A stretch of DNA of 64,000 bases, from NCBI GenBank assembly GCA_963845755.1, contig CAWJTV010000041.1, positions 576,001 through 640,000 on the forward strand, given 5' to 3'. The notes under the pieces were generated by a model. The model was given only the letters and a program-made list of their open reading frames with translations, was not told the origin of the DNA and did no database searches. Positions 17,591-26,269 of this stretch are shown piece by piece. Each line of letters opens with the position of its first letter. The first letter of the stretch is position 1. The DNA is from an uncultured Planctomycetota bacterium. Lineage in GTDB: Bacteria; Planctomycetota; Planctomycetia; Isosphaerales; Isosphaeraceae. The translations under genes and the position numbers were made by a program.

Positions 17591-17662
17591 TGGGCCGGGG
17601 GGCGCTCGAATCCCCGTCTGCCGGGCTTCAACCGGCCGCTAGACCGTCTCAGCTACCGACCC
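17591..17662 (-). tRNA. tRNA-Phe(GAA), first gene of the array
   Basis: GCCGG-TTGAAGC-CCGGC; weak T-arm. Confidence 0.82.
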
Positions 17663-17675
17663 ATTCCGCGATCCC

Positions 17676-17711
17676 AACAAAAAGGCCCGGTGTCTTCGTC
17701 ACACCGGGCCT
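17676..17711 (-). terminator. intrinsic terminator (attenuator) just upstream of the first tRNA
   Basis: minus strand AGGCCCGGTGT-GACGAAG-ACACCGGGCCT followed by TTTTGTT; perfect 11-bp stem. Confidence 0.88.
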
Positions 17712-17749
17712 GAGACTCCACGCGAGGGATGTCCGAGACCGGGTGTCAC
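17698..17749 (-). promoter_or_regulatory. antiterminator hairpin overlapping the leader stop codon and the terminator 5' arm
   Basis: GUGACACCCGGUCUCGGAC (17749-17731) pairs with GUCUCAGGCCCGGUGUGAC (17716-17698); 16 of 19 positions pair, including 2 G-U. Confidence 0.75.
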
Positions 17750-17847
17750 GTCTGCAAGGGATAGAACCGGAGCGGGTTCGCCGACAGGTCGGCGGATCGC
17801 TTCGTTTCTTGACAACCCAGGGTGTAACGCGGACTCCCGGCGAACAT
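17746..17847 (-). CDS. 33-aa leader peptide of the tRNA-array attenuator (MFAGSPRYTLGCQETKRSADLSANPLRFYPLQT)
   Basis: GAGGT SD 5 nt before ATG; TGA lies inside the antiterminator 5' arm; below the ORF-track length cutoff. Confidence 0.7.
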   Translation of the reverse strand: MFAGSPRYTLGCQETKRSADLSANPLRFYPLQT

Positions 17848-17929
17848 GGACAACCTCGATGTTACGGGTGTCTCAGGCCGACTGGACTCGGGGCCAACCT
17901 CACGGCTCGCCCGTCGTCTTGTACCCTTA

Positions 17930-17958
17930 CAGACGCATCACCCCGGGAGGATGTTCGC
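17930..17958 (-). promoter_or_regulatory. candidate ECF-sigma promoter for leader + tRNA array
   Basis: GCGAAC-N17-CGTCTG on the minus strand, ~85 nt upstream of the leader ATG; resembles the GAAC/CGTC ECF consensus. Confidence 0.4.
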
Positions 17959-18259
17959 GCGATTTCGAAGAGATTATTGGTGGAGCCATTTCCGATCCCG
18001 ATTCGCTGCATTACGGCCCGCCATCGAGCGTTCGCCGGGACCATGAACGATACGATCTCTTCGAGGCCGAGCACCAGGGGCGTATCCGTTCTCTCGCCGC
18101 AAGTCCAAATCGCTCAAGCCCTCGGGAGATGTCGAGATGGGCGAGGGGCCTCGAAAATCATTGGACCTGACGTGTTCCGTGCCGGTACGTCGCATAGAGG
18201 GGAGATGGGTGACTGAGCGGGACAGGCAAGCCGTCTGCCACACTTTACAGGAGAAGCTC

Positions 18260-19324
18260 ATGCAGACCATGACCACGGAACTCGAGCGGTTGATCGGCAA
18301 GGTCATTGGGGACCTGGGCGGCACGGCCAACGCGGCCCTCGTTATCGTCGGCGACCGGCTCGGGTTATATCGGACCCTCGCCGAGATCGGCCCCACTACC
18401 TCGCACGAACTGGCCCAGCAGACTGGCACGCACGAGCGATATATCCGCGAGTGGCTTGCCGCCCAGGCGGCTTCCGACTATGTCGACTACGACCCGGCCA
18501 CCAAGCGGTTCAGCATGTCCCGCGAGCAAGCCATGCTCTTTGCCGATGAGAACAGTCCGGTGTACATGGCCGGAGGCTTCTTCGCCGCGGCGGCGGCCAT
18601 CAACGACGAACGACACCTGGCGGAGGCGTTCCGGTCGGGACGTGGGATCGCATGGAGCGATCACCACGACTGCCTGTTCTGCGGCACGGAGAAGTTCTTC
18701 CGCCCGTCCTATGCCGGAAACCTCCTCCAGTCGTGGATCCCGTCGCTGGGGGACATGCACGCGAGGCTCCAGGCCGGGGGAACCGTGGCCGATCTCGGCT
18801 GTGGGCACGGTTGCTCCACCGTCCTCATGGCGAAGGCCTATCCGGCCTCCACGTTCGTCGGCTTCGATAGCCACATGCCGTCGATCGAGCGCGCCCGCGA
18901 GACGGCGGCCGCGCAGGAACTCCCCAACGCACGCTTCGAGGTCGCGACGGCGCAAAACTTCACACGGATTGATGGAGACGGCTACGACCTGGTCGCGATC
19001 TTCGACGCCCTGCATGACATGGGCGACCCGCACGGCGCGGCCCGTCGAGTGCGAGAGATGTTGAAAGCCGATGGAACCTGGATGATCGTCGAACCGGCCG
19101 CGGGCGATCGGCTGGAGGAGAACCTCAACCCGGTGGGCCGCGTGTTCTATGCCCTCTCCACGGCCGTCTGCGTCCCCTCGGCCTTGAGCCAGAAAGGGGG
19201 CGAATCGCTTGGGGCTCAGGCCGGACCTGCCGTGTTGGAGAACGTGGTCACCAGCAGCGGCTTCTCCAGATTCCGGATCGCCACAAAGTCCCCGTTCAAT
19301 CTGGTGATCGAGGCCAAGCGATAA
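18260..19324 (+). CDS. class I SAM-dependent methyltransferase with N-terminal wHTH (Rv2258c-like)
   Basis: GDRLGLYRTL, ERYIREWL, VADLGCGHG, FDALHDMGDP, LGAQAGP; AGGAG RBS. Confidence 0.9.
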   Translation: MQTMTTELERLIGKVIGDLGGTANAALVIVGDRLGLYRTLAEIGPTTSHELAQQTGTHERYIREWLAAQAASDYVDYDPATKRFSMSREQAMLFADENSPVYMAGGFFAAAAAINDERHLAEAFRSGRGIAWSDHHDCLFCGTEKFFRPSYAGNLLQSWIPSLGDMHARLQAGGTVADLGCGHGCSTVLMAKAYPASTFVGFDSHMPSIERARETAAAQELPNARFEVATAQNFTRIDGDGYDLVAIFDALHDMGDPHGAARRVREMLKADGTWMIVEPAAGDRLEENLNPVGRVFYALSTAVCVPSALSQKGGESLGAQAGPAVLENVVTSSGFSRFRIATKSPFNLVIEAKR

Positions 19325-19340
19325 CCCCAGATTTGTCGAT

Positions 19341-20204
19341 CTACTCCAGCCCCGGGATCTTCGCCGGGCCGCCGGACTTGCCGTCGCCCTCGGTGTTTTT
19401 CTTCTCCCGGATCCGTTTCGCGAGGAATCTGGCCGACTCGTCGCCGATCACGTGGTAACCAGCCGGGTTGGGATGGCGATCGCCGAACCAGCCGGGCAGC
19501 TCGCGGAAATGGGCGTCGAGCCGGTTGTCCATCACCACGACCCGGCCGTCCCTGACGAACGGCTTGACCCAATCGCGGTCCTTCTCCGGGATCTTCTCCA
19601 GCGGGTAGCGGCGGTAGTTGAGCATGTGCGATCCGTGCTTCAGCTCAGCCCGGTAGCGGGTATACACGTCGAACAAGACCAGGCGCTCCGACTCGGCCAC
19701 CTTCCGGATGAGACGGTTCACCGTCTCGTCGCGCTCCGGAGTCATGTAGGGGATGATCGTCATTGGGACGATGGTCGCGCACGGGAAGTGCCGGCGCAGG
19801 CGCCCGATCAGGTCGGAGTAGTCCTTCGGGAAGTTGACCTCGAACCCCTCGCGCCTGACGATGTCATTCAGGCCGTAGCGGATGAGGACGTAATCGATGC
19901 CTTCGAGAGTGGCGATGTCCTTGTCGAACCGACCGGAGGCGAGCAGGCCCTGGATGAACTCGCCGTCTCGCCCCTGATTGATGACCTCGGCCGGCGGCAG
20001 GTCCTTCTCCGCCGCGAGCAGCAGCCGGATCACGTCTTCGAGGTGGGGACCATCGGGATCGACCTGGCGGCAGACGCTGCCGATGGTTGTGCTGTCGCCC
20101 AGAAGGAGGATCCTGAGTTTTCCCGCCTCCTCACCCGAGGCCGCAGCCGGTACGGTCATGAGCCCGACGATGCACCACGACCGCAAAGAGTTCATCAGAC
20201 GCAT
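19341..20204 (-). CDS. secreted SGNH/GDSL hydrolase
   Basis: signal peptide; LLGDSTT, INQGRDG, YGLND, DRHPNPAGY blocks. Confidence 0.88.
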   Translation of the reverse strand: MRLMNSLRSWCIVGLMTVPAAASGEEAGKLRILLLGDSTTIGSVCRQVDPDGPHLEDVIRLLLAAEKDLPPAEVINQGRDGEFIQGLLASGRFDKDIATLEGIDYVLIRYGLNDIVRREGFEVNFPKDYSDLIGRLRRHFPCATIVPMTIIPYMTPERDETVNRLIRKVAESERLVLFDVYTRYRAELKHGSHMLNYRRYPLEKIPEKDRDWVKPFVRDGRVVVMDNRLDAHFRELPGWFGDRHPNPAGYHVIGDESARFLAKRIREKKNTEGDGKSGGPAKIPGLE

Positions 20205-20451
20205 CGGACCGGTTCTCCTGGGATGTGGGCTGCCGCTTGTTCCGGGCCGATCTCGGTTCCGCTCGCCCGCGAATCGCTCATCGGGGAGTGTCCCACCGCC
20301 ACACCTACCAGGTCGCGGGCTGGGGACAGGTCCATTCAGAATAATCGCCCAGTATGCCAGGGAGTAGACCACGCCGGATTCACCGGGCCATGCGTTAACA
20401 ACGGGACCGGCGTCAAGAGCGCGGCGTGAGGCGGTCGCGCCGGGGAACGGG

Positions 20452-21525
20452 CTATTTCCCCGAGAGTGAGGCGAGTCTCGAGAGCGTCTCCTCTCCGAGC
20501 CGCCTCGTGAGCTCGCCCGCCGGTAACTCGCGGCAGAGGTGCGCCGCCTGCCCCGACCAGAGCGGCGAGAAGTCCCCCGAGCCTTCCGCCTCGGACTTCG
20601 ACCGAAGGGGCGCCACTGCACCCGCCGCGAGCGGGAACCTCGGTGCGATCTCGGACAGGGGACCGACTTCGCGAACAAGACGGTTCATGATCCCCCGCGC
20701 GGGGCGGCCCGTGAAGACGTTTGTGATTGTCGTCTCGCCGGCACCTTTCAGCGCCGTCCGGTGGACCTCGCTCGTCGTCGCCTCCGGGCAGAGGAGATAG
20801 GCCGTGCCGATCTGGACGGCCGAGGCCCCGAGCGCGAGGGCCGCGACGACGCCTCGCGCGTCGGCGATGCCGCCCGCGGCGATAACCGGCACGCGCACAG
20901 CGTCGGCCACCTGTGGGACGAGCGCCATCGTCCCGACCTGGGTCGAGACGTCCTCCGACAGGAACATCCCCCGATGCCCCCCCGCCTCGGCGCCCTGAGC
21001 GATGATCGCGTCGCAGCCCCTGGCCTCGAGCCAGCGTGCCTCCTCGACCGAGGTCGCAGACGAGATGACCTTCGCGCCCGATGACTTGACCCGGGCCAGG
21101 AGCTCCCCATCCGGGAGACCGAAATGAAAACTCACGACCTCGGCCTTGAGCTCGCAGACGACCTCGCACATCGCCTTGTCGAACGGTAGGCGGCTCGTCA
21201 CCGCGGTCGGGGCCGTCGGGTCGAGCCCGAGCTCGACGTAGTATCGCTCGAGGCGATTCTTCCACACGGAGACGCGGTCGGGATCTGGGCCGGGAGGCGT
21301 GTGACAGAAGAAATTCAGGTTGATAGGTTTCGAGGATTGCCGACGAATAGACTTCACCTCGCTTCGAACCTGATCCGACCCGAGCAGTGCGCAGGGAAGT
21401 GATCCCAGTCCCCCGGCCTCAGAGACGGCGATCGCAAGCCCGGAGCCATTCGACCCCGCCATGGGGGCCTGGATGATCGGAAGTTCAATCCCGAAGAGGT
21501 CGAGGATCCGACGGTCCGGCCACAT
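20452..21525 (-). CDS. nitronate monooxygenase family flavoprotein
   Basis: PIIQAPMAG, VSFHFGLP, AQGAEAGGHRGMF, PVIAAGGIAD, LWSGQA. Confidence 0.93.
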   Translation of the reverse strand: MWPDRRILDLFGIELPIIQAPMAGSNGSGLAIAVSEAGGLGSLPCALLGSDQVRSEVKSIRRQSSKPINLNFFCHTPPGPDPDRVSVWKNRLERYYVELGLDPTAPTAVTSRLPFDKAMCEVVCELKAEVVSFHFGLPDGELLARVKSSGAKVISSATSVEEARWLEARGCDAIIAQGAEAGGHRGMFLSEDVSTQVGTMALVPQVADAVRVPVIAAGGIADARGVVAALALGASAVQIGTAYLLCPEATTSEVHRTALKGAGETTITNVFTGRPARGIMNRLVREVGPLSEIAPRFPLAAGAVAPLRSKSEAEGSGDFSPLWSGQAAHLCRELPAGELTRRLGEETLSRLASLSGK

Positions 21526-22693
21526 ATCGATTCTCCTCACCAACCGGCGCAACGACCGCAGACTTCGCGCCCATGCGCCTCAGATAGTCCACGATCCTTT
21601 TTTTATCGTTCTTGATCGCCATGTCGAGAGCCGTCTCTCCGTTGTTGTTCACCGCGATCGGGCTTGCGCCGCGTTCCAGCAGCAATTCGACGACCTTGAG
21701 CGTAGAGTTTCTCTCGCAGGCTTTATGCAAAGGCGTGTTGCTTCCATGATCCGTTACGTTGATCATGGCGCCATGATCGACCAACCACCTTGTACCGACG
21801 ATATCGCCCTGGTGTGCGAATGCGTGCAATAACGTGCGACTACCGAGTTTTTCGTCGATATCGACGCCCGATTCCAGACATAGGGCCGCAACCTCGTAAT
21901 TCCCTCGACCGTGACGCTGGCCATGCCCCAAGGCCGCGAACACCGTTCCAATGCCTGGCTGCCATCCATGCGCCATGAGAAGTTGAGCGATCTTCACGTT
22001 TCCTCCGCGCGACGCACACAGATCGAGAGGACTCACGTCACGATCCACGCGCATCGGCCCCTGGTCCAGTAACCGTTCAGCACAAAGGACGAGTTGCTTC
22101 GCATAGGCTGGATCCGATTTTCCCAGCTCGGACCTGCAGGCGTAGTCCAGCGCGGTCATGCCCTTCTCGCCCAGCAAATCATAATCTGTCGTTCTACCGG
22201 CCAGCGCCGGGTCCGCGAGAAGCCAGTCGCGAACACGATCCATGTCGCCGATCGCAGCGGCTGTGTACAGGTTTTGTTCTGCCCCCGCGTCGATCAATAT
22301 ATGCATGATGTCAATGTGAGGCCCTACTGTCGCGGCACACACGAGATGGTAATCCGGCCTCGCGCCAATCTGGATCAAGAACCTGACCAGCTCCAGGTGG
22401 CTTGGCTTCTTGGGCGCCGACTTGAAATCCATGACGGCCAGGGCGAGTAGCCTGTCCCGATTGGCGGCGGTGATCAGGCTCCGATTCTGCTTGAGGGCAG
22501 CATAGTCCCCCTTTTTTGCGAGCGTCCCGAGGTGAGCAGGTTTTCGATCACCTCTCCCGCTCGCGTGAAGTTCACGCCTCCGCCTGTTAACACAAGCGGA
22601 ACACTTTTTCGCCAGCCCATCCGGCTCCTTGCGACTTCCGGAAAAGGAGGAAGAATCCAAGACGCGCTTGCACTCCTGGCATTGCTTCTTCAT
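21485..22693 (-). CDS. ankyrin-repeat protein with N-terminal CxxC...CxxC zinc-binding motif
   Basis: CQEC...CSAC; TALDYA, TLLHAFA, TPLHKAC, GETALDMA repeats. Confidence 0.82.
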   Translation of the reverse strand: MKKQCQECKRVLDSSSFSGSRKEPDGLAKKCSACVNRRRRELHASGRGDRKPAHLGTLAKKGDYAALKQNRSLITAANRDRLLALAVMDFKSAPKKPSHLELVRFLIQIGARPDYHLVCAATVGPHIDIMHILIDAGAEQNLYTAAAIGDMDRVRDWLLADPALAGRTTDYDLLGEKGMTALDYACRSELGKSDPAYAKQLVLCAERLLDQGPMRVDRDVSPLDLCASRGGNVKIAQLLMAHGWQPGIGTVFAALGHGQRHGRGNYEVAALCLESGVDIDEKLGSRTLLHAFAHQGDIVGTRWLVDHGAMINVTDHGSNTPLHKACERNSTLKVVELLLERGASPIAVNNNGETALDMAIKNDKKRIVDYLRRMGAKSAVVAPVGEENRYVAGPSDPRPLRD

Positions 22694-22934
22694 GGTCTGA
22701 ACCCGAGGAAGGGGCTCAATCTCTCGAGAGAGCTGAACGCTTGAGTCGAGCATACCCCAGGGCGGATAGGAATCCACCCCCCCTGCCCCTCTTCGTAAGA
22801 GCGTTCGGGAAGAATGAGCGTGCAGGCCAATAGACCGACCCTCCAAGCTGGGATTCCACACAGGGTTCGCGCCGGAGACAATCGCGTGAAAGGTTCTCGC
22901 TCTGGCTGTGTGTATCCTTGTGGAAGGAGGACTG

Positions 22935-23579
22935 ATGGACGACGAGCCGCCCGCACCGGCCACGCGACACACGTTGATCGTCAAGTTACGCGATCCGGCC
23001 GATGCCGGCGCCTGGCGCGAGTTCGTGGCGCTGTATGAGCCGTTGGTCTACCGGCTGGCGCGGCGCAAGGGGCTCCAGGACGCCGATGCGCGGGACCTCT
23101 GCCAGGAGGTGTTTCGCGCGGTGTCTCAGGCCATTGATCGCTGGGACATCGACCCGACGCGCGGGAGCTTCCGCGGCTGGCTCTCCCGCATCGCACGCAA
23201 CCTCCTGGTGAACTTCCTGACCCGACGGCCCTATCGGGTCCGCGGCAGCGGATCCACCAGCGTCCAGGAATTACTCGAGGCTCAACCGGCCGGCGATCCG
23301 TCGGCCACGGCCCTGTTCGAGGCCGAGTACCGCCGCCGGTTGTTCCGTTGGGCTGCTGATGAGGTGAAGAGCGAGTTCGCCGCGACGACCTGGGACGCGT
23401 TCTGGCAGACGGCCGTCGAAGGCCGCACGCCGGCAGACGTGGCGGCCGAGCTGAGTCTGTCCGTCGGCGCGGTTTACATTGCTCGGAGCCGGGTGCTGGC
23501 CCGCTTGCGGAAGCGGATCGGAGAACTGGGTGAAGAGGCATCGGCGATCATTCGCGAGGTCGATCATGGTAGCTCGTAG
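22935..23579 (+). CDS. ECF sigma factor, kinase-associated planctomycete type
   Basis: AWREFVALYEPLVYRLARRKGLQDADARDLCQEVF, GSFRGWL, RGSGS loop, VGAVYIARSRVL; AGGAGG RBS. Confidence 0.9.
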   Translation: MDDEPPAPATRHTLIVKLRDPADAGAWREFVALYEPLVYRLARRKGLQDADARDLCQEVFRAVSQAIDRWDIDPTRGSFRGWLSRIARNLLVNFLTRRPYRVRGSGSTSVQELLEAQPAGDPSATALFEAEYRRRLFRWAADEVKSEFAATTWDAFWQTAVEGRTPADVAAELSLSVGAVYIARSRVLARLRKRIGELGEEASAIIREVDHGSS

Positions 23580-25101
23580 GACATCGTGTGATCCCCAACG
23601 GCTCCGGTTGCTGGCCGAGGACCGCTTGCCGGCCAATGAGCTGGAGCGACTCGAAGGCCATTTGCAACAGTGCGCGGGATGCCGCGAAGAGCTGGACAGC
23701 CTGGCCGGCGGCGAGCCCTGGCGCGAGGCCGTCCGTCATTACCTCGGCGACGCCGCGACGGATCTCTACGAGGCAAGCCCGCTCGCGGATATCGACGAGC
23801 CGCTCGGCTTCCTGGCACCCTCGGACTGGCCCGACTCGCTTGGTCGGCTCGGGACCTACGAGGTCAAGGGCGTGATCGGCCGCGGGGGGATGGGCGTGGT
23901 GCTCAAGGCGTTCGACCCGGCCCTGAGCCGGAACGTCGCGATCAAGGTGCTGTCGGCGTCGCTCGCCACCTGTGGGGCGGCGCGGCGGCGGTTCCTCCGC
24001 GAGGCCAAGGCCGCGGCGGCGGTTGCTCATGAGCATGTCGTCTCGGTCTTTGCCGTCGAAGAGAAGGCGGGGTTGCCGTTCCTGGTCATGGAATACATCG
24101 CCGGACATTCGCTCCAGGACCGGCTCGATTCGCAGGGATCGCTGGCCCTGCCCGAGATCCTGCGCATCGGCATGCAGACGGCCGCCGGCCTGGCGGCGGC
24201 CCATGCCCAGGGGCTGGTCCACCGCGACGTCAAGCCGGCCAACATCCTGATGGAGAACGGTATCGAGCGGGTCAAGCTGACCGACTTCGGCCTCGCCCGG
24301 GCAGCCGCCGACGCCAGCATGACCCAGAGCGGGCTGATCTCCGGTACGCCCCACTATATGGCACCCGAGCAGGCGCGCGGCGAGTTGACCGACCATCGCG
24401 CCGACCTCTTCAGCCTGGGGAGCACGCTTTACGCGATGTGCGCCGGCCATCCGCCGTTCCGCGCCGAGTCGCCGCTGGCCGTGCTGCGCAGGGTTTCCGA
24501 CGACGAACCAAGGCCACTCCGCCAGATCAATCCTGAGATCCCGCAATGGCTCGAGGCGGTCATCGAGCGGCTCCATTCCAAGGACCCGGCCCGGCGCTTT
24601 TCCTCCGCGTCCGAATTGGCCGGATTGCTGGGCCACTGCCTGGCTCACGTCCAGGCGCCGCTTGCGGTCTCGTTGCCCGCCGAGCTGGTCCCGTCCATCA
24701 GGGAGATGCGCCCGAAACGACGTTGGTCCGCAGCGGCCCTGCTGGGATTCGCCGCCATCGTGGGCGGAGCCCTCTTCCTCTGGCCGGTTCGTCCACCGAG
24801 ACCTCGTGCGTCGATCCCAGCCAGCCAGGAGATCCCGTACGTCGCACGAACGTCCAGCCTTTCGAAGATCGCCCCGGATGAGATCGATCAATCGGCCCGG
24901 GAGGCCTGGGATCAGGCCGGGGCGATCGAGGCCGAACTTCATCGGCGAGCCGATGCGGGCGGTCCCGATCCGATCTCTGAACTCGCCCGGCACCTGGCCA
25001 ATCGAGCCGGCTCTCTTGAGCGAGAGCTCGGCTCCGGCCGCGTCGCGGCCCCAGGTGCCTCGACCGATTCCCCGTTTCCCAACCCCGATGACAGGAGATG
25101 A
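23566..25101 (+). CDS. Hanks-type Ser/Thr kinase with N-terminal ZAS zinc finger and one TM
   Basis: HLQQCAGC; GRGGMGVV, VAIK, HRDVKPANIL, DFGLA, GTPHYMAPEQ. Confidence 0.93.
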   Translation: MVARRTSCDPQRLRLLAEDRLPANELERLEGHLQQCAGCREELDSLAGGEPWREAVRHYLGDAATDLYEASPLADIDEPLGFLAPSDWPDSLGRLGTYEVKGVIGRGGMGVVLKAFDPALSRNVAIKVLSASLATCGAARRRFLREAKAAAAVAHEHVVSVFAVEEKAGLPFLVMEYIAGHSLQDRLDSQGSLALPEILRIGMQTAAGLAAAHAQGLVHRDVKPANILMENGIERVKLTDFGLARAAADASMTQSGLISGTPHYMAPEQARGELTDHRADLFSLGSTLYAMCAGHPPFRAESPLAVLRRVSDDEPRPLRQINPEIPQWLEAVIERLHSKDPARRFSSASELAGLLGHCLAHVQAPLAVSLPAELVPSIREMRPKRRWSAAALLGFAAIVGGALFLWPVRPPRPRASIPASQEIPYVARTSSLSKIAPDEIDQSAREAWDQAGAIEAELHRRADAGGPDPISELARHLANRAGSLERELGSGRVAAPGASTDSPFPNPDDRR

Positions 25102-25104
25102 CCC

Positions 25105-25632
25105 ATGATGTGGAAGCTCGCATCGATCGCAATGGTCTTGGTGGGTACCAGCGCCTTCGTCGCGCCCTCGCCGGCGCAGCAACTGTTGCCCGATAACCCG
25201 ACCGTGTTCCCTGTGACAGCCCCTGCGCAGCCCATTCCACCGCCCCCGGCCCCGCCAATTCCGTTGACCTTCACGACCGTGAATTCGAACGGGTTTTTCC
25301 AGGTGGATCGTGACGGATCGACACCCTTCGTAGCGAGGTGGAACGCTGCGCCCGAGGAGGCCAGTCTCGCCCATGAAACCGACCGGTTGGCTCGACAACT
25401 CGTCGAGGCCAAGTCCGATACCGATCGGGACAAGCTCAAGACCAGGCTAGGCGAACTCCTCGAGAAGCAATTCGACCAGCGACAAAAGCGGCACGAGCGC
25501 GAGCTCGAGTCGCTCGAGACCCAGGTCAAGAAGCTCAGGGACCTGGTCGCAAAGCGGCAGGAGAATCGCCGTGAGATCATCGGCCGGCGACTCGAGCAGA
25601 TCCAACGCGAATCGCAGGGGCTGGGCTGGTAG
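25105..25632 (+). CDS. secreted coiled-coil hypothetical protein
   Basis: signal peptide, Pro-rich linker, helical C-terminus; AGGAG RBS; same operon as the kinase. Confidence 0.7.
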   Translation: MMWKLASIAMVLVGTSAFVAPSPAQQLLPDNPTVFPVTAPAQPIPPPPAPPIPLTFTTVNSNGFFQVDRDGSTPFVARWNAAPEEASLAHETDRLARQLVEAKSDTDRDKLKTRLGELLEKQFDQRQKRHERELESLETQVKKLRDLVAKRQENRREIIGRRLEQIQRESQGLGW

Positions 25633-25924
25633 TCGAGCGGAGTACACATCACTTCCCCTGCCGCGATCCATGGGCAGCCGAAGCCCGAAGACGAATGCAA
25701 TCGCGATCCTCGACTCGCCCTCGCTCGGCCGTCCCTCGGTCCGGGCGAGGGCGACGAGTCGTTACTTGAAACTTGCGTCTGCCGATGCATTTCAACCTCT
25801 CGCCCCTCCCCACGCGATGATCCAGGCCTCCCGATCCCGAGCCCTCGGATTCGACCGAGCCACGAGCCCGAAATGGTCCCTCTCAATATTCTCCCACCTC
25901 CTGCGAATCATCTCTTGTGGTCTT

Positions 25925-25959
25925 CTACAGATTGTAGTAGAACCTACTACATCTTGTAG
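25925..25959. promoter_or_regulatory. two tandem CTACA-N3-TGTAG palindromes (BlaI/MecI/CopY-like operators)
   Basis: CTACAgatTGTAG (25925-25937) and CTACAtctTGTAG (25947-25959), 22 bp apart. Confidence 0.5.
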
Positions 25960-26039
25960 AAATCCCTCCTTGACAGGCGTACGCGCCGAGCGGTGCCCGT
26001 GGTCGGATTCTGCGCTGCCCAATCGAACGACCCAGGGGT

Positions 26040-26068
26040 TTGACAAATGTCGTTTGAAGTCCTAAAAT
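26040..26068 (+). promoter_or_regulatory. near-consensus sigma70 promoter
   Basis: TTGACA-17 nt-TAAAAT. Confidence 0.6.
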
Positions 26069-26269
26069 CTTAGTTGATCCCTGGAGCGGCTGTCCGTCGG
26101 TGACCTCAAGGGGTGAAGAGCTACATCACGAATCGATCGGCCCGAAGTCTCAAAGAGATAGGGGCCTCGCGTCACCGGCTCGTGTTGGGGCTCCGAGGGG
26201 ATCGGCTCCAGCTTGGCGGGTATGGGCGATATGAGTGACTCTCCTTGCAAAGCTCAGATCGGGGCTCCA

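Noticed and set aside
14257..17662. Possible CRISPR array (periodic GGAGTCGAACCC repeats)
   Set aside because: The repeats are reverse-complement T-loops of complete cloverleaves; no constant repeat or spacer lengths and no cas genes.
14042..18216. Many overlapping ORFs across the tRNA array
   Set aside because: Shadow translations of tRNA genes (recurrent GIEP/GFEP/RVRxP from T-arms); no protein motifs. Only the 33-aa leader has an SD and structural context.
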